Source of the DNA: Ophelia neglecta | Taxonomy: Eukaryota | Direction of reading: 5' to 3' | DNA length: 64,000 bases | Assembly: GCA_965285935.1 (NCBI GenBank) | Contig: OZ260665.1 | Location: forward strand, 59,520,001 to 59,584,000 | Shown: piece by piece, positions 40,815 to 54,200 of the stretch | Numbering within the stretch: position 1 is the stretch's first letter | Layout: each line of letters opens with the position of its first letter | Program-made: the position numbers and the translations under genes | The notes under the pieces: model-generated | The model's database searches: none | Told to the model about the DNA's origin: nothing | Seen by the model: the letters and a program-made list of their open reading frames with translations, nothing else

Positions 40815-40955
40815 CGCCCACAACAAATAAAATGCCCGCCACAAAGGTCATTATCTTTTTCTTATGATTGCAGTGACCTAGAAAGCAGACTATTTCTCCA
40901 ACCAGCAGAATAAGAAGACTTATCAGCGGAAATAACGTTGAACGCCGCATAGATA
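40815..40955 (-). CDS. CACNG2-like: Gene B coding exon 3 (141 nt, phase 1-1): TM2 and TM3 start
   Basis: Acceptor ttctcctttcattccag|, donor |gtgagt; SMRRSTLFPLISLLILLVGEIVCFLGHCNHKKKIMTFVAGILFVVG lies within ORF 40786-40995 and resembles stargazin [22 protein letters not shown]...IILSAGIFFVSAG. Confidence 0.93.
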
Positions 40956-43900
40956 CTGGAATGAAAGGAGAATTGGGAATCAGTATAGCCACCATACTAC
41001 TTACTACGTTACCTGTGAATACCGATTCATTAAATCAATTAGTTCAAATTTTGTATCAATCAGCTAATGATTAAATGAGTTAATTGCATGTGGTGTGACA
41101 GACATTTTTCTATTTAGTGCAAGAAAAGTCTACCCATGTCGTTTAATGATAATATCTCCATCTTAGTGTTATCGGCGGCTCATAATCTGCCCTGATATGT
41201 GATAAAAAATTGTCACATGCTGTTTTCCCTTTGCATCTGCACTAGATGGCTGCGGATTCGTAAAAAGTATAGCCATACCTAATTGTGCAGATACTCGTGA
41301 ATATGTGAAAGAGGATTGCGGTTTTATATACATATCATTATAAAAACGTGAGTGAATACCAGGCAGATAAAGTCAAATCTGAATATGACAAAACTACATG
41401 TAAATATGATCAAAAGTCCTTCACGATCATGTAATGTACATTCAAGAGAATATCTATAATAAATAAATTATTTAGAGAAGAAATCTTTTAAGAGACCTAT
41501 CTCATATTATCTGCTACAACTTTATAAAACACTGCTAGATATATTTAAATATAACCACGAAACAAATATACCTATATATATATATGTGTAGGTTTAAAAC
41601 CGATATCCGCCATTTAAAAGGTCTATTCGAAACCGGGCCTGACAGTAAAGAAAATGTATATAATCAGTGTTAATTAAAAGCACTCTTAATATGTGCTATG
41701 GTTTAGCTGTGTAGGCCTAGAAGTCAAGACCGCATGCAATCAATAACTGTGATTCTGCGATGATTGCAAATTCTTTCATTTTAGGAATAACTTTACGTTA
41801 CTCACGATATATTACTTGCAAAATATTAATTATGAGTGAAACTTTTTAATATGTAGTCAGGTAACCCAGTTAAAATGTCGTGAAAACAAACAACATTTAA
41901 TTGCCGTTAATGCATAATAAGGTATTCAATCCATCTCCACAAAACATAACACAGCGCTGTGTTATTGCAAAACTGTGATAGCTAATACATCTTATATTTA
42001 TGTCCATATGTACAGCGATAAGACTATAATATTAATAGGTTCGCAATAGACAGCTGAATGGAGAATTTAGTTTTCTGTATGACCACTACCTGTTGCGCTA
42101 TCACAGTAGGATACTAAAACAATGATATTTATCGCCAAATACTCTCTTTCAATTTATCCACATTGAAGAACCTCTCTAGCTATATGTTAATGACATAATT
42201 CTGTCATTTGATATTAGCAGAAACCAACTGTGGGCCTAATTATTTTTATTCCCGAAGTATGACATGGGATGTGAAAATATATCGGTTTCATGATCATTTC
42301 TCTATTGCCTTAAAGCATTATAGGCCCTTCATGTTTTTTACTCTATTATTTACGACTTCTTTGCTGCCGTAGCTCTGTACATGGCTCCTCGATAAAGAAA
42401 ATCACTCCATGTCTCGCCTCGTTTTACAAAAGTATTAGAGAATTGGCATATTTTCTAGCTCAGTAGTAGCCCACATAGCCCAATCAGCAGAGGAAGCTTA
42501 TATAAAACATCGCGTTTCGGATATTCATATATGCAAATCAAAACTTTTATCTCAAAACTGTTTGTGGCTGATATATTAAATGGCAAGAGTAGCGTGATGT
42601 TCATTGAATATTGTCGATAGTTTGGTGGATAGTTAAGAGAATCTTTTACAAATAAGTCCTAGTGACATAACTTGAAATAGGACACACACATCTATTAGTT
42701 TCGGTATCGGAGTTTTCCAACCGGTTCTCTCTCTATGCAATACCATAGCTGTTCTTTCATAAGCGATGGAAAGTTCTTTCAACTTTTGTGACTCTGAAAC
42801 AGCGTCTCCTTCCTCATGACCACGTGACGGAAATGACGACATGATGAATTGGATGTTTGCTTACCCTTGGCTGCATTTGGTTCCCGAATAATTAATATCA
42901 GGCGTGAGTCGAGCCGTGAGCGATAGGGGAGTTATTAAAGAATCATCCCGTGGCTGTAGGGAGGCTAGCTTGGGGAGCGACGGCATCCATCACCACAGTC
43001 CCCGCCACCGGCACATCCCAACAGTCTACCAGGCCGGCCGGCGGGCGGCGGCAACAGCAATAAAACCAAATTCCTGCTTTCAGGTTCAGTCCATCTTTTT
43101 CACAATCTGTCGTTCAGTAAATAAGAAAAAAATCATTCCATCCGAAGGCGCGAAGAGCTGTTGGTTCAGACGCCGCCTTCCCGAAGATTTGCCATTGTCG
43201 AATGCACAATATACGACAGCCTCAAACGCCTGCTCGTTATTGTTTTGTCACACGCGGTTTAGGAATGAACAAATGCTCTGCCCGTTCACCCATTCTCTGC
43301 AATCGTCTGGGCCGCGCAAAGTAGGCATACTGTCAGCTTAATTAGCAGAACCGCTTTATTGGAAAAAAGTACTGCAGGGGCAATACGCTTATTTCTATAG
43401 CGCAGCGAATCAGCACAAGGGAGTATGAAAGCTCGGGACAGTGCCTTTCAATGACCTGGAGTTGCACGTCAGTGAAATGGAAGATGGACGCCGTCGGGAT
43501 CGTAAACGATCACGTGAGGAATGATCCGCCGCAGACGTTCCTCATCAAAACACGATTACAAACCCATTCACGAAATGTGGTCAGCACACTCGACTTCAAT
43601 TCAAGTTAGCTGATAGTAACTGGCCAGAACGAAATGGAGACCCGTTAGATATTGGCTCAATACACTCGCATATTCTCAACTCGAGCAGGCATCTGATATG
43701 ATTCATGGCCACTTTAAAAGTACAAATAAGGAAATCCAATTTTAATTTTTTTTCTTACCAGAGTTACTGAAAACGTTATACATCATTTAGTCGGGCGACA
43801 CGCTGGGCTGGAGTGTAAAACGTATCAATCGAAAACACAGCAGATGGCTGGCGGCCCAGATGAAGAGATATGGAGCAATAGCTCGCCTGTCATCTCTTGT

Positions 43901-45867
43901 TTTGCTCATCTGTTCAATAAAGTTCTTGTAGGAATTGACTCTAGCGAGTTGCCTGTCACACGCACGCGGCCTGGTCTGATTTGGCCTTTTCGACCATTTT
44001 ATGAGAAATCGTGCGCCGGTCTAGTAATAAAGCAATGATTTATTGCAGATAAATGACACCGGAACTTCCTACAGCCAAGAATTTCTAGGACGGACCGAGC
44101 CGGGCGCAGTATGACCGACATGAGAAGATGGGCAATGGCCTCCGACTCTTTCCGAAGCACTTGGGCGTCTGCTTAGGTATCAGGAAATGTATTGTAAATC
44201 TACTGCTCTTGTTATATACGGTCGGACGCAATGTGCAATTAATGTTGGCAAAACAAGAACGTTTTCAAAATGTCAAGGTTGGCTTACACTGCAATGAAGA
44301 TCCAGCTATAAAACAAATTATCACCGTCAATTAGATTAAACATTGGGTGAAGTCTTTCAAATTTTGTCCGTTTTCTTATAAAACGTCTTGTATATGCACG
44401 TTTAGGTTAATATAGGATACTTCTAATCACTTTTCTTCAATCGTTTGTTGTGTTGGTGTTGGAGGGGGATGCTTTTCTTGGCAAGATTAATCCGTAAACG
44501 ACGTGTAGGTAGAATAATACGAATGTGTATTTCTCTCTAATTATTTAAAATTCATAATGTTAGCCTATTCTCTATGGTGACTGCTTACATAATACGTTGA
44601 TAGTGTGTCGATAAGAATAAGAGACATCAGTGAATCTTAACCCAAATTTAAAACATAATCTGTAACGTCACGATTTGCTCCAAAGACCCAAAAATGACTA
44701 GGCATAATAGTGCCATCAACGGGTGATGTATTGCAGTACGCCAAATATACCTATTATAGGCCTACTTGAGAATATACATTTTTCCGTCATATCGTGTGCC
44801 AATATAGCAGTTTTGTAGTCGCAAATTAAGAATGAGACTGATTAAGGCAATGCTTGAATCCACTGAGTCGCCTGGCCTGGCAATTGTGGAAAAAGTGTTG
44901 ATGCCAACTGGACCACCGCATCCGTCTGTAGGTTACCGTGACATTGATATTGTAGTGTCGCACGCCTCCAGACAGACGGAATGATGGCTGGACGTTCTGA
45001 GTAAAGGCCCTGTATCTAATACCTCTGACTACCTGTCACTGATGAAAACTTCCGGTGATCAACTGGTGGAGGTCAAGGAAGGGTAAGCCGAGATGGTCAT
45101 CCTTACTGCTGAATATTGGCCATACTGGAACAAAACGCTCAAAGATCAACAGGCGTGCTACAAAAAAAGGTAATCACTGGTTGGAGACATGTTGGTCTAC
45201 CGAATGACCCGGCCTATCATGCTACATCATATTACAAGTGATATCAATCATTTTCCTTATTCACAGTTAGGGAACTGTTCGCTGATGTTTGTGAGTGTCC
45301 AGCTGATGGTTCCTTCTGATTTCGGACTCATTTCTTCCTATGAATACATTCTTGATCGGTGACTTTGCTTTGCCTCCCGAGTATCTACTCAATTATTCTC
45401 CAGATATGGAAATGAAGCAATTGCTATAATACTGGTGCCTTGTGAACAAAAATGAAAGGAATGCCGTGCCTGGACCAATGATATTTATTGTCCACAAGGA
45501 AAGCGAAGATTGTCTTGCTCCATTACTAGAATAAAATAGGAATGCCAAGCAGCATTGGTCGCCTCCTCTTGACCCATGCTTTGACGATTTTTTGTTCGAC
45601 GAGTAAGACCTGTGATTCAAGGATCCGTGCGCGAATTCCACTTTCTTTAAAGACCATTTTGGAAAACCAAATTTTCAAACAGCAAGTGAACGAGACGGGG
45701 TTTGGATGGCATCTGAACAAATATAACATTTACGGATTCAATATTGTGGCGTTAACACAAGACTTTTAAAGTTTTCACTGAAACCAAGGCCATAGAGTGC
45801 AACTTTAGATGAACAGTCGTGATCCTCTTAGTAAAAGTAGATTATCAAACAATAAACGAAGAATACC

Positions 45868-45904
45868 AGAGAGAGAGAGAGAGAGAGAGAGGTAGAGAGA
45901 GAGA
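45868..45904. repeat. (AG)n microsatellite with one interruption
   Basis: Directly visible agagag...ggtagagagagaga. Confidence 0.9.
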
Positions 45905-47640
45905 TCTTCTCGAGGCTATGTTGTAAACATTTTGGGGGACCGTCGAAAAAGAGACTAGAAATAATATGGACAATTATTACTGAATCATTCCATTATCGTC
46001 TAAGGCGTCTCGTGGATGTCCAACTGACCCTGTTCCATCCTACTACGAGACAAACATATAAACTCCTGATATCAGGAGACAAGTTTATATATTCTGTGTT
46101 AACTACCGGTCGAAAGGTCTTCAACCCGACAACCTGTACCAAAAGGACAACCATGTAGGACGGTAGTTCTCGAGAACAACCAACTTGTGATAGGATTTGA
46201 CGACTCACCTCAGCATTTTAAAGAAGAGAGATAGCATGACATTGGTTAGATATCGCTTTTGCGGCTTCACCGGGGATCAAGAGTGGGTCTTCAAGATTCT
46301 GTTTAAACGATATATAGTATTCCATGGCGGCATTTTTCGAGTAGATGCCGAAAAGACAGGTCCCGTTTGCCTGAAATACGGTATGCATATAGCGATTGCC
46401 AAATCCGCTGACGCTGCTACTCTCCGGACACTTCACATAAACTTGATGAAGAGACTGGCGGAGGGATACAGAATAGAACGCCGCCTCTCCATCATCATTA
46501 AAAATGTAAAATGCTAAATCACACGGTAAGCGGAAGTCAATTCTACGATCAGTACCAATCCATTGAAGGCAAAGCTTCGTCGACCACCCCATACTTGGAA
46601 AATGCTGCAACCTCATTCTTCGTTACCACAGCGCTCTTTTGTGGCGATGATGTCTCATCTCACTGAAAAACGGAAGATGACTTGCTATGGCTTGAAAATG
46701 GCTCTATTTGCATCTGTTTCTCCGGGGTTTTAAAAAAAGAAGCTGTTTGCAGTTATTGAACTAGGTTTTATTTCAAATGGGCTCTGACGGTTTTGTTTTA
46801 TCTGCCGGGTGTCCACTCAACTTTAGATTACTGTTTTGTACAGATTATGACTGATAATCGACGCACTTGTCTTGGAGAAGATGGGTAGTCTTTATACAGC
46901 TAAATTACCGAATACTTTTAATATGGATTAGAAAGTGCATATCATGCGTGTATTCCAGTATGTACAATTTTCGCAATATGGTGCGGGATTGCGGGGGATG
47001 GTTGGTTCGGTTAATACATGAGCCCTATTAGTGTAGCGCTTCGCTTGGTGTTATAAACACATAGGCCGGGGTAACTACCATTGATCGGGTCTGGGGTATG
47101 TGAGTCCGACACGATGGGACGTCAGCCTGTATTAGTCCTCGGCTTTCCATGTACACTCAAGCTAATTACACCCTGCTCGGCCAGCAGCGATAATTAATAT
47201 AGATGGCAACCGCAAGAGGGAGAGCGACGACGAGCAGCAATTGGTACCTGACGTATCTATGGCCAAGCATGCGGTTGCATGATGTGGGAAGAAGGGGGTG
47301 GGATGGGTAGAAACGGTAACAGTCAGGATGATGGGAAGAAGAAAGGGACAGGAGTCTATAGTTATCCCAAATTACTCTGATTAATAAGTTTTAATTACTT
47401 TTTGATTGACTATAGTATTGGAGGGGGAGGGGTCACAGTCGGCCTCAGTTCCTCTCGATAATCAGTATTTTGCATACATTTAGTGCAGAAGGAGAAGGAG
47501 ATGGAAACGTACTCGTTTAGGGGTAGAATCATGTCGAAAGCAAGCCCGATCACACGCGTGTACATATTACCCTTTAGAAAACACACATCACTCCAATGGG
47601 AAGTTAAGGTACATTCAAATATTGCAGTGTCCTTAGTCCT

Positions 47641-47768
47641 CGCAGGTACCCAACCTGCACCCGGATGAAGTGAAGCATTCGGGAGAGAACGATTTGCTTA
47701 GGGTTCTTCGCGGATTCGAACTCATTACCATACGATCAAGAGACGAACGTGAATTTAATACCTCAACC
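47641..47768 (-). mobile_element. Degenerate tRNA-derived SINE fragment
   Basis: Minus strand shows a tRNA-like head with Pol III B-box GAGTTCGAATCC (47712-47723), then ccctaagcaaat...cttcatccgggtgcaggttgggtacc, resembling the CCTTGAGCAAG...CACCCAGGTG...TGGGTACC core of many metazoan SINE2 families (from memory). Confidence 0.55.
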
Positions 47769-48117
47769 CGTTCTAAAGAATCGACTGTATAGAGCGGAAT
47801 AAAGAAGCGGTGAAAGAGAAGGTCTCATTCACAGAGTCACTCTGTTGTAATAGACCCGAGGGGTAAAAACTGCAGACCAAGCAATTTCTGCGACATATAT
47901 GTGGCGTGGAAGAGGCTAAAAATGGCCTCAACTACTCGGTATTACGGGGTTGAAGGGGCAGTTTGGGCTAGAAGATGTACTCAGTTTCTCCTCCGAAGTA
48001 TGTGGTGGATGCGATGGAGGGGCCATCTAGACACGAACGCCTACACTAATAATCTTGTTGATCGATTAACAAAATGTGTAAAAAGTCTCACACGAATCAA
48101 AAATCTAATATACTTAC

Positions 48118-48210
48118 ATAATATAGATTCTGTTGGCCCGAGACCATCCCGGTCCATATGTGTGAAGTAATTAATATAGCTGCAGTTTTTCTTTTTATGG
48201 TGTTCTCCTG
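48118..48210 (-). CDS. CACNG2-like: Gene B coding exon 2 (93 nt, or 90 nt from 48207; phase 1-1): extracellular loop 1 with conserved Cys
   Basis: Minus-strand acceptor gcttgcctttcag|(cag), donor |gtaagta; encodes GEHHKKKNCSYINYFTHMDRDGLGPTESIL (C-x-x-I-x-Y/H-F pattern of TARPs); in frame with the next exon. Not in the ORF track. Confidence 0.88.
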
Positions 48211-51200
48211 CTGAAAGGCAAGCGTAATAACTTTAGTTTAAAATTAACAATGCCAATAACAGCAAGAATTACAACGAATATTTTGGCTTTTACGTATTAT
48301 ATTAGGTGTGATGCTCTCACAGTAATATAAAATATAAGTAAGGGTATTTGAACAGCAGAGTTTTGGTAGATAGTCTTTGCAGTCTTGATAAAAATGTAAA
48401 GTCTCCTTGTAATTACATTATGAACCATACATCAACAAATGCAACATCTTATGATTTATATGTTGTGTGCGAATTTTGTAGAATTGTATGCCTGCATCGT
48501 GGTTCCTCATCATTCTGGTAGAGGTTTTTTTTTATCCCGTATCATAGATCCTTATTTCTTTCGAGATAGATAGCCTAATAAAGGTTTTTCAAAAACCGCA
48601 CGTAATATCTAAAACTGCTTTTTTTATCAAGAAAAATCTATTTTTGTTAATAATGCATTATACATGAAGATTTAAAAAAAAACAGTAGTAAATAAACCAA
48701 ATAATGCTTTCCAGGATTTAGAAATTAATAAATTGGTCAAATAAACTGAAGGCTTTGTTTATGTATGTGAATTTATAATAAGTGTCTACCATTTTGATAT
48801 ATCAAGTAATGTAAGGAGATCTTAAATACTGGAAATTATTAATACTGATGCAAGTGAACAATAGGCGGCCATGATCTATAGAATACAGGCTGTCCTGAAA
48901 GGTAATGACCTGTGATCGCATCATCCAGAGACATGCGCGCGGCATATCCCAATCGCACTCGAGAGTGTCATCGTCCTTGAATATTGCTGAGAGATATTAA
49001 GTCCTTTGTGACGCAAGTTTATGTCCTGTATAACAAACCTCCCCGTCCCCCTTTTACTCAACTTTGCCCCTGCGAGAAGATGATCAAATGAATGGTGAGG
49101 ACATGAAGGAATTGATCAATTTGATTTTCAGTCGAGGGTGTCATGCGAGTTCAAATTTTCGTTTCGTGTCCCGCGAAATGCGAGTTCATTTGCATTTTGA
49201 AAAATAATTCCGTAATTATTTTGCTTGCATATTTAATAAACTTTTGGATTCGAAGAAATCTTTTTTTTTTGTTGCACACCAAATGATCATGCATGACCCA
49301 ACACTAGAAATCAAACGGGACACCCCTAACTGTGAAACTACTTTACATCAATTTGGATGCTTTCGCGAGTTGGTAGTTTATCACCGAAACGTTACAGGTG
49401 TGCGGCCACCAGTCGCTCATGTCACGTTCATTGTGTCTAAGGCGGATTGATCGATGAGCTACGTGTGTATTTGCATGTCAACCTTGATTTTGATTTATCT
49501 TTTAAACTAATTTGACGCGTGTCCTTTCCTGTGGAGAGTACAAGAGCAGCCAGAGTGGTCGCAAGCCATACTACTATGTAAGGCATAGCGTCCATCGTAC
49601 CCTACTGTGACAGTAGCAGTCACCAAGTAAAAAGTACGTCAAATTATAAATAATCCCTGTTGAGTTGAAAGCAGCAATTTTAAAATGTGTCAAAATTTCC
49701 AGCCTTATTTTTATCATGATAAATTAAACATCTCGAGCAATCGTTTGTTATATTTCCTTATATTTCCTAGTAATTTTTGGCAGATATCTACATCAAGCTC
49801 TTCAGAAATTAATATATTTGAGGGCGGACGAATTTTTTATAATTGCTTAAGCGTACCTTTAATGACATGAATCTTTAATTTTCGCTAAATTGATCTGCCC
49901 TGACATCCGTTTCGGACCCGCCCATCCACCTCTTTCCCCCTTCCCTAATGACAAGCACGAAGTGAGCAAATCAGAGACATGAAAAAAACGTCCCCGTTAT
50001 AACCAACGAGCCCCACTAACCACACTGATGATGATGGATCATACTTTCTTAATCCCATGTTGTGATATGCAATGAAATGTTTCTGAATATATATTACTTC
50101 ATAAACATTCAGTCCCCAGATGTACATCACGATGTCACTTAATACATATTCCAATAAGCAATATGTTTCTTCGATTTTGGTGAAATGGATACAATGTAAT
50201 AAACCAAAACACTAGTTTTATCGAGAAATAAATTATTCAATTGTTTCTATGAAATATGGCAATCACATCCATAACCTTTATACATGTCTTTTATATGTAT
50301 TTACATGTATTTTTCAAGGAACCCTGCATAAATGTGCACATGAAAATTCATCGATATCCTCCTTCCAGATACCACAGAAATACTAAAGCGTTTATTCTGA
50401 TGCATCTGGTAAACGCCGAACAATTTGCATAAAGGGTTTGCTGAGTTTACTCTATATTCATTTTTTGGACCCCTTAGAATAGAGATGCAAAGATAGCATT
50501 GCATGTAAATAGTAAATAGCTGTCCTCACCCCATTTTCAGACAAAGTCAGATTTAATCGATAATTTATATTAGCCCACACTGCGGAAATACAGTTGCATT
50601 TCGTCAATGGATTTATCGTTGATAGCAATATTTAGTACATAAACTAGCTTAGCTATTGAGAAAAGCATGGAACGAAAACTACTGATCTTTTATTCTCGGC
50701 CCAATTAGGAGTGTAATTTTGGACCAATCATGAGTTTTCTGAAAATGGCGCATGCATTGTTAGTTATAACAATTTGGTATTTAAGAGTATAAGGAAGAAG
50801 AAAGTAGGTATATCCCCGCATTGATCGTGTTTAAATTTGGCCGAAGGAAATGACCATATTTAATTGTGTCTTATTTCATATGATCATATATCCTTAATAT
50901 GGATCATAATTTCATCTTTGTTTTATGTTGCATTAAACATACATACCATGAATGTATGTTTAATGTAAATCAATAAACAATTATTCAAAGTTAAATTTGA
51001 AGAATACATAAAGCGGTGCATTTTAACAAGAATCCCGATGGTTTGATTGCAAATTGACTAAAAACACTAAACCATGCTATAGGGAGGTTACAGCATTTTC
51101 TTGTGTTGAAACAATGATGTACAACATGTTTTGGTTATCAAACTAGGAAAGAAGAAATTATGAAATTATTACTATTAGTAACAGAAAAATCTAAGTATTT

Positions 51201-54200
51201 GAAAAAGATGATGTGGAGGCTTCTATCATTTACATTAAAAACAATGCCTTGGTTATGACGGATTCTCTCAGCTATCATGAATTCCTATGAAGTCAATTGC
51301 TTGAAATTCATTGTAAGGTTGTTACCTTGAACCTAATTCACTATCCATTATGACAATCATCTCGTTTATATCCTAGCCAGTAAGAAAGATATTTAAATGA
51401 TCAATGAGTTCCTGTAAGAGATGTACATCAGACACACTTGCTAAATCGTTTACACATAAAGGCATAAAACAAGATCCCACGGTGGAGCCTTAATATAAGG
51501 CACCACATATATCATATATGGATAATGACAGGCTCGGCGCCATTACACTTCATACATGATTTTTCTTTAATCGAGGTAACTTTAAGCTCCTATAGGAAGG
51601 GGCTTTCCTGCCATATCCGTCAAGTAATTGGGAAACTAAAATATTGGGTTCGATTGGGTCATTGACAAAGACCTTGAAAAAATGTACAATTAGGCTAATA
51701 CAAGTCACCACTGCCTAATACATATAATGTCAATCACCAATCAGTGCGTAACGTGTCATCAATCACAATATATTCATACAAGCGAACACTGCGGGATTTT
51801 TAAGAAGCCTTAGGGAAAACATTCACTAGCACAATTTGCTACGCATGCATTAGTCGTTTGATAGGGCAGAGCAATGTACTATAAGTTTCTTTGACAATAT
51901 ATCATTAAAAGCTGAGTTATCAAGCATTCCTCTCGTGTCTCTCTTCTTCTTCTTTGTATGCTTTTACTCCTGCGTAATGAGTGAACTTGAGTAAACGTGT
52001 TCATGTCAACTTGTCTCTTAGAAGGAGGCGAGGTTGTTGTTTAGTGTTAATATGGGTATTCTATGTACCAGTACTAGTATATCCAAATTTTACTACTAAA
52101 AAGTTGACAATCTTTGTCTTGCAGTACCTCAACTTCTGTCTTTCCCACTGTTTTGTACCTGTGCCTTTGTTTTCATTATTTGAGCTGCATTACTGGATTC
52201 CTTACTCATTAACCATACTCGTTTACCGTACAAAGTGCATTACTCTTATTTGTGAACGCATGTGCTCTGGTTTTGCAATAGCAGCGTTTAGGTGTTGGCA
52301 TTCTTAAGGTCATTATTAATTTGTCTAATCTGTGTTAATAGAGATTTAAAGCTGACAATAAAACACGTGATCTTCATGTTTCAAATTTAATGCAAATAGG
52401 TTTCTAGAATACTGCAAATGAGTGCATGCTACATCTATTGGAATTGTCTACGAGGCGGCAATGGATTACTTTTCGTATGGCTAAGCACTTCCAATACATA
52501 AATTGTCCTAAAAATAGTATAAATGACCATGACTAACCAGGGTTTAGAAATAACAATTGCTTACATTATAAGTGTACTGGTCTTCCCAGTTGTCTTTTTC
52601 TACTGGACAGGGGTGACATTTAATCCGGCAGAATGTAGAGGGCTGCTTGTCGCAAGAGAATCGCGGCAATAAATAATAGAGAATGGAACGAAAGACGAAT
52701 TTCACTCACACCAAGTGAGACACTAGGGAATTGCTTTGTTTTTCTTCTTTTGCTCGAGGAATAAAATAGCTTTAAACGCCAAATCTCCCACCTACGTGGG
52801 TGGCGCCACGATCTGATATGTCATTGCAAAGCGTTAGCTGTATTTATTACAAGAAATATAACTGTTGGGTTTCGAGGTGGCCGACCAAAAAAAGAAAAAC
52901 AAAGTTCCCAAATCAATAGCCCTATTTATACAGCTTTCGGCCTAGCTAGGTATATAATAGAAGCCCGAAGAGCACCCATGTAGTGTCGAGCCCGATCAAG
53001 GAAGCAAAAACATTAAGTTGGGTAGGCCAGCTAACAAAGCCTTTTGAGTCAGGGAATTCATCTCCTCGGTCTAGAAATCAGATTACTTCTCTCCAGACAC
53101 GGCTTACTCTCGCTCGACGGAAGGGGTCAGTCATCAAACAGCTGAGAACAATAGGTTATCGCTCGCCATTGTCGCCCAGGAAAATGTCTCGCCATTGCTA
53201 TAGTGACCTAGTATGGGATGCTAGTAGTCGTGTAACATCATGGTATAGACTATCTAAACTGTAGCATAATACGGACAATTCAGCCTTCTCAGCGAAGATA
53301 ATATGGTTTCTCTTGTTCATCTATATATCTTCTAAGGGGGAGCGCCGTGTGCTCAGCCCACCCTGCCGTTGAATCATAACTTAGCTCTAATAAGGAAGCA
53401 TAAAGACACTAAAGCAAACCTTCTTGTATCTCAATCGAGCCAGCTTGAAAGAAAATGGCCATTTAGGGCCTTTCATGTTCTTTCACTCATGACCAGTAGT
53501 TCTCGCTGCAATAGTGGCTTCAACGCTGGCTTTTCATGCACCTCTTCTCAGTGCGTGCCAAAAGCGAGAAAAAATAACACGCATTAAGGCAAGGACAAGT
53601 GGAAAATTGGGGACTACAATAGACAAGCAAGATATGGAAGTGTCAAGAAAGAAAACGCGTACTGCAGTCGACGTCCTTGCTAGTGAATGAGTGTTTGACG
53701 CCACATGAGATGGAGTAATCCCGGGAAACGAAGGCAAAGCCGTGCAGTCCCACATAACAGGCTGCTATGGATGGTCTGTTAGCGTTGCGAACAGATTGTG
53801 TAATAGTCAAATGAGTGTTATTTGGCTAGTATCTCCCTCGCAGCCCGACAACCTTCATAAAACAAAGATGTAACAAAATCCCCTCGGATTTGTCCGACAG
53901 AGGGCGACAGTTCCTGAATGCCGAGAGCATCATGTCCCACATGGCACTCAACAGTTCATTTCGGGCGCACAATCTGATCTTCCATGTTTGTACGAGGCAG
54001 TTCGGATCAGAGCCAAACGTTCGCCTGCCTTTGGTTTTAGCAACTGTTTGTTATCCTGTTATGGCAGGAAAACGACTGCCTTGGGATGAAGCAAGCCGGC
54101 CGGCCAAGAATAATCCACAGTCGGTTTATTGTGGCAGATTCCCCAATAAAAACATAGAAAAGCCTGTTTTCTGTAGCAGATTCGTGTAACTAGGCTACTT

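Larger units (their letters stand above)
33706..48210 (-). other. CACNG2-like: Gene B, visible part (exons 2-4) of a stargazin-like type I TARP gene; 5' exon not found
   Basis: Three exons join in frame through phase-1 GT-AG introns of 7162 and 6426 nt: xGEHHKKKNCSYINYFTHMDRDGLGPTESIL-LSMRRSTLFPLISLLILLVGEIVCFLGHCNHKKKIMTFVAGILFVVG-GLCTLVGIILYIG...YSYGTSF...SELTGVLSVYLYISRHK...RRTTPV*. Confidence 0.93.

Noticed and set aside
46209-46616. Strong minus donor near 46208 and overlapping 132/106-aa ORFs, as an extra gene B exon
   Set aside because: The phase-1 frame contains a stop, and exons 2 and 3 already join into a complete TARP sequence.
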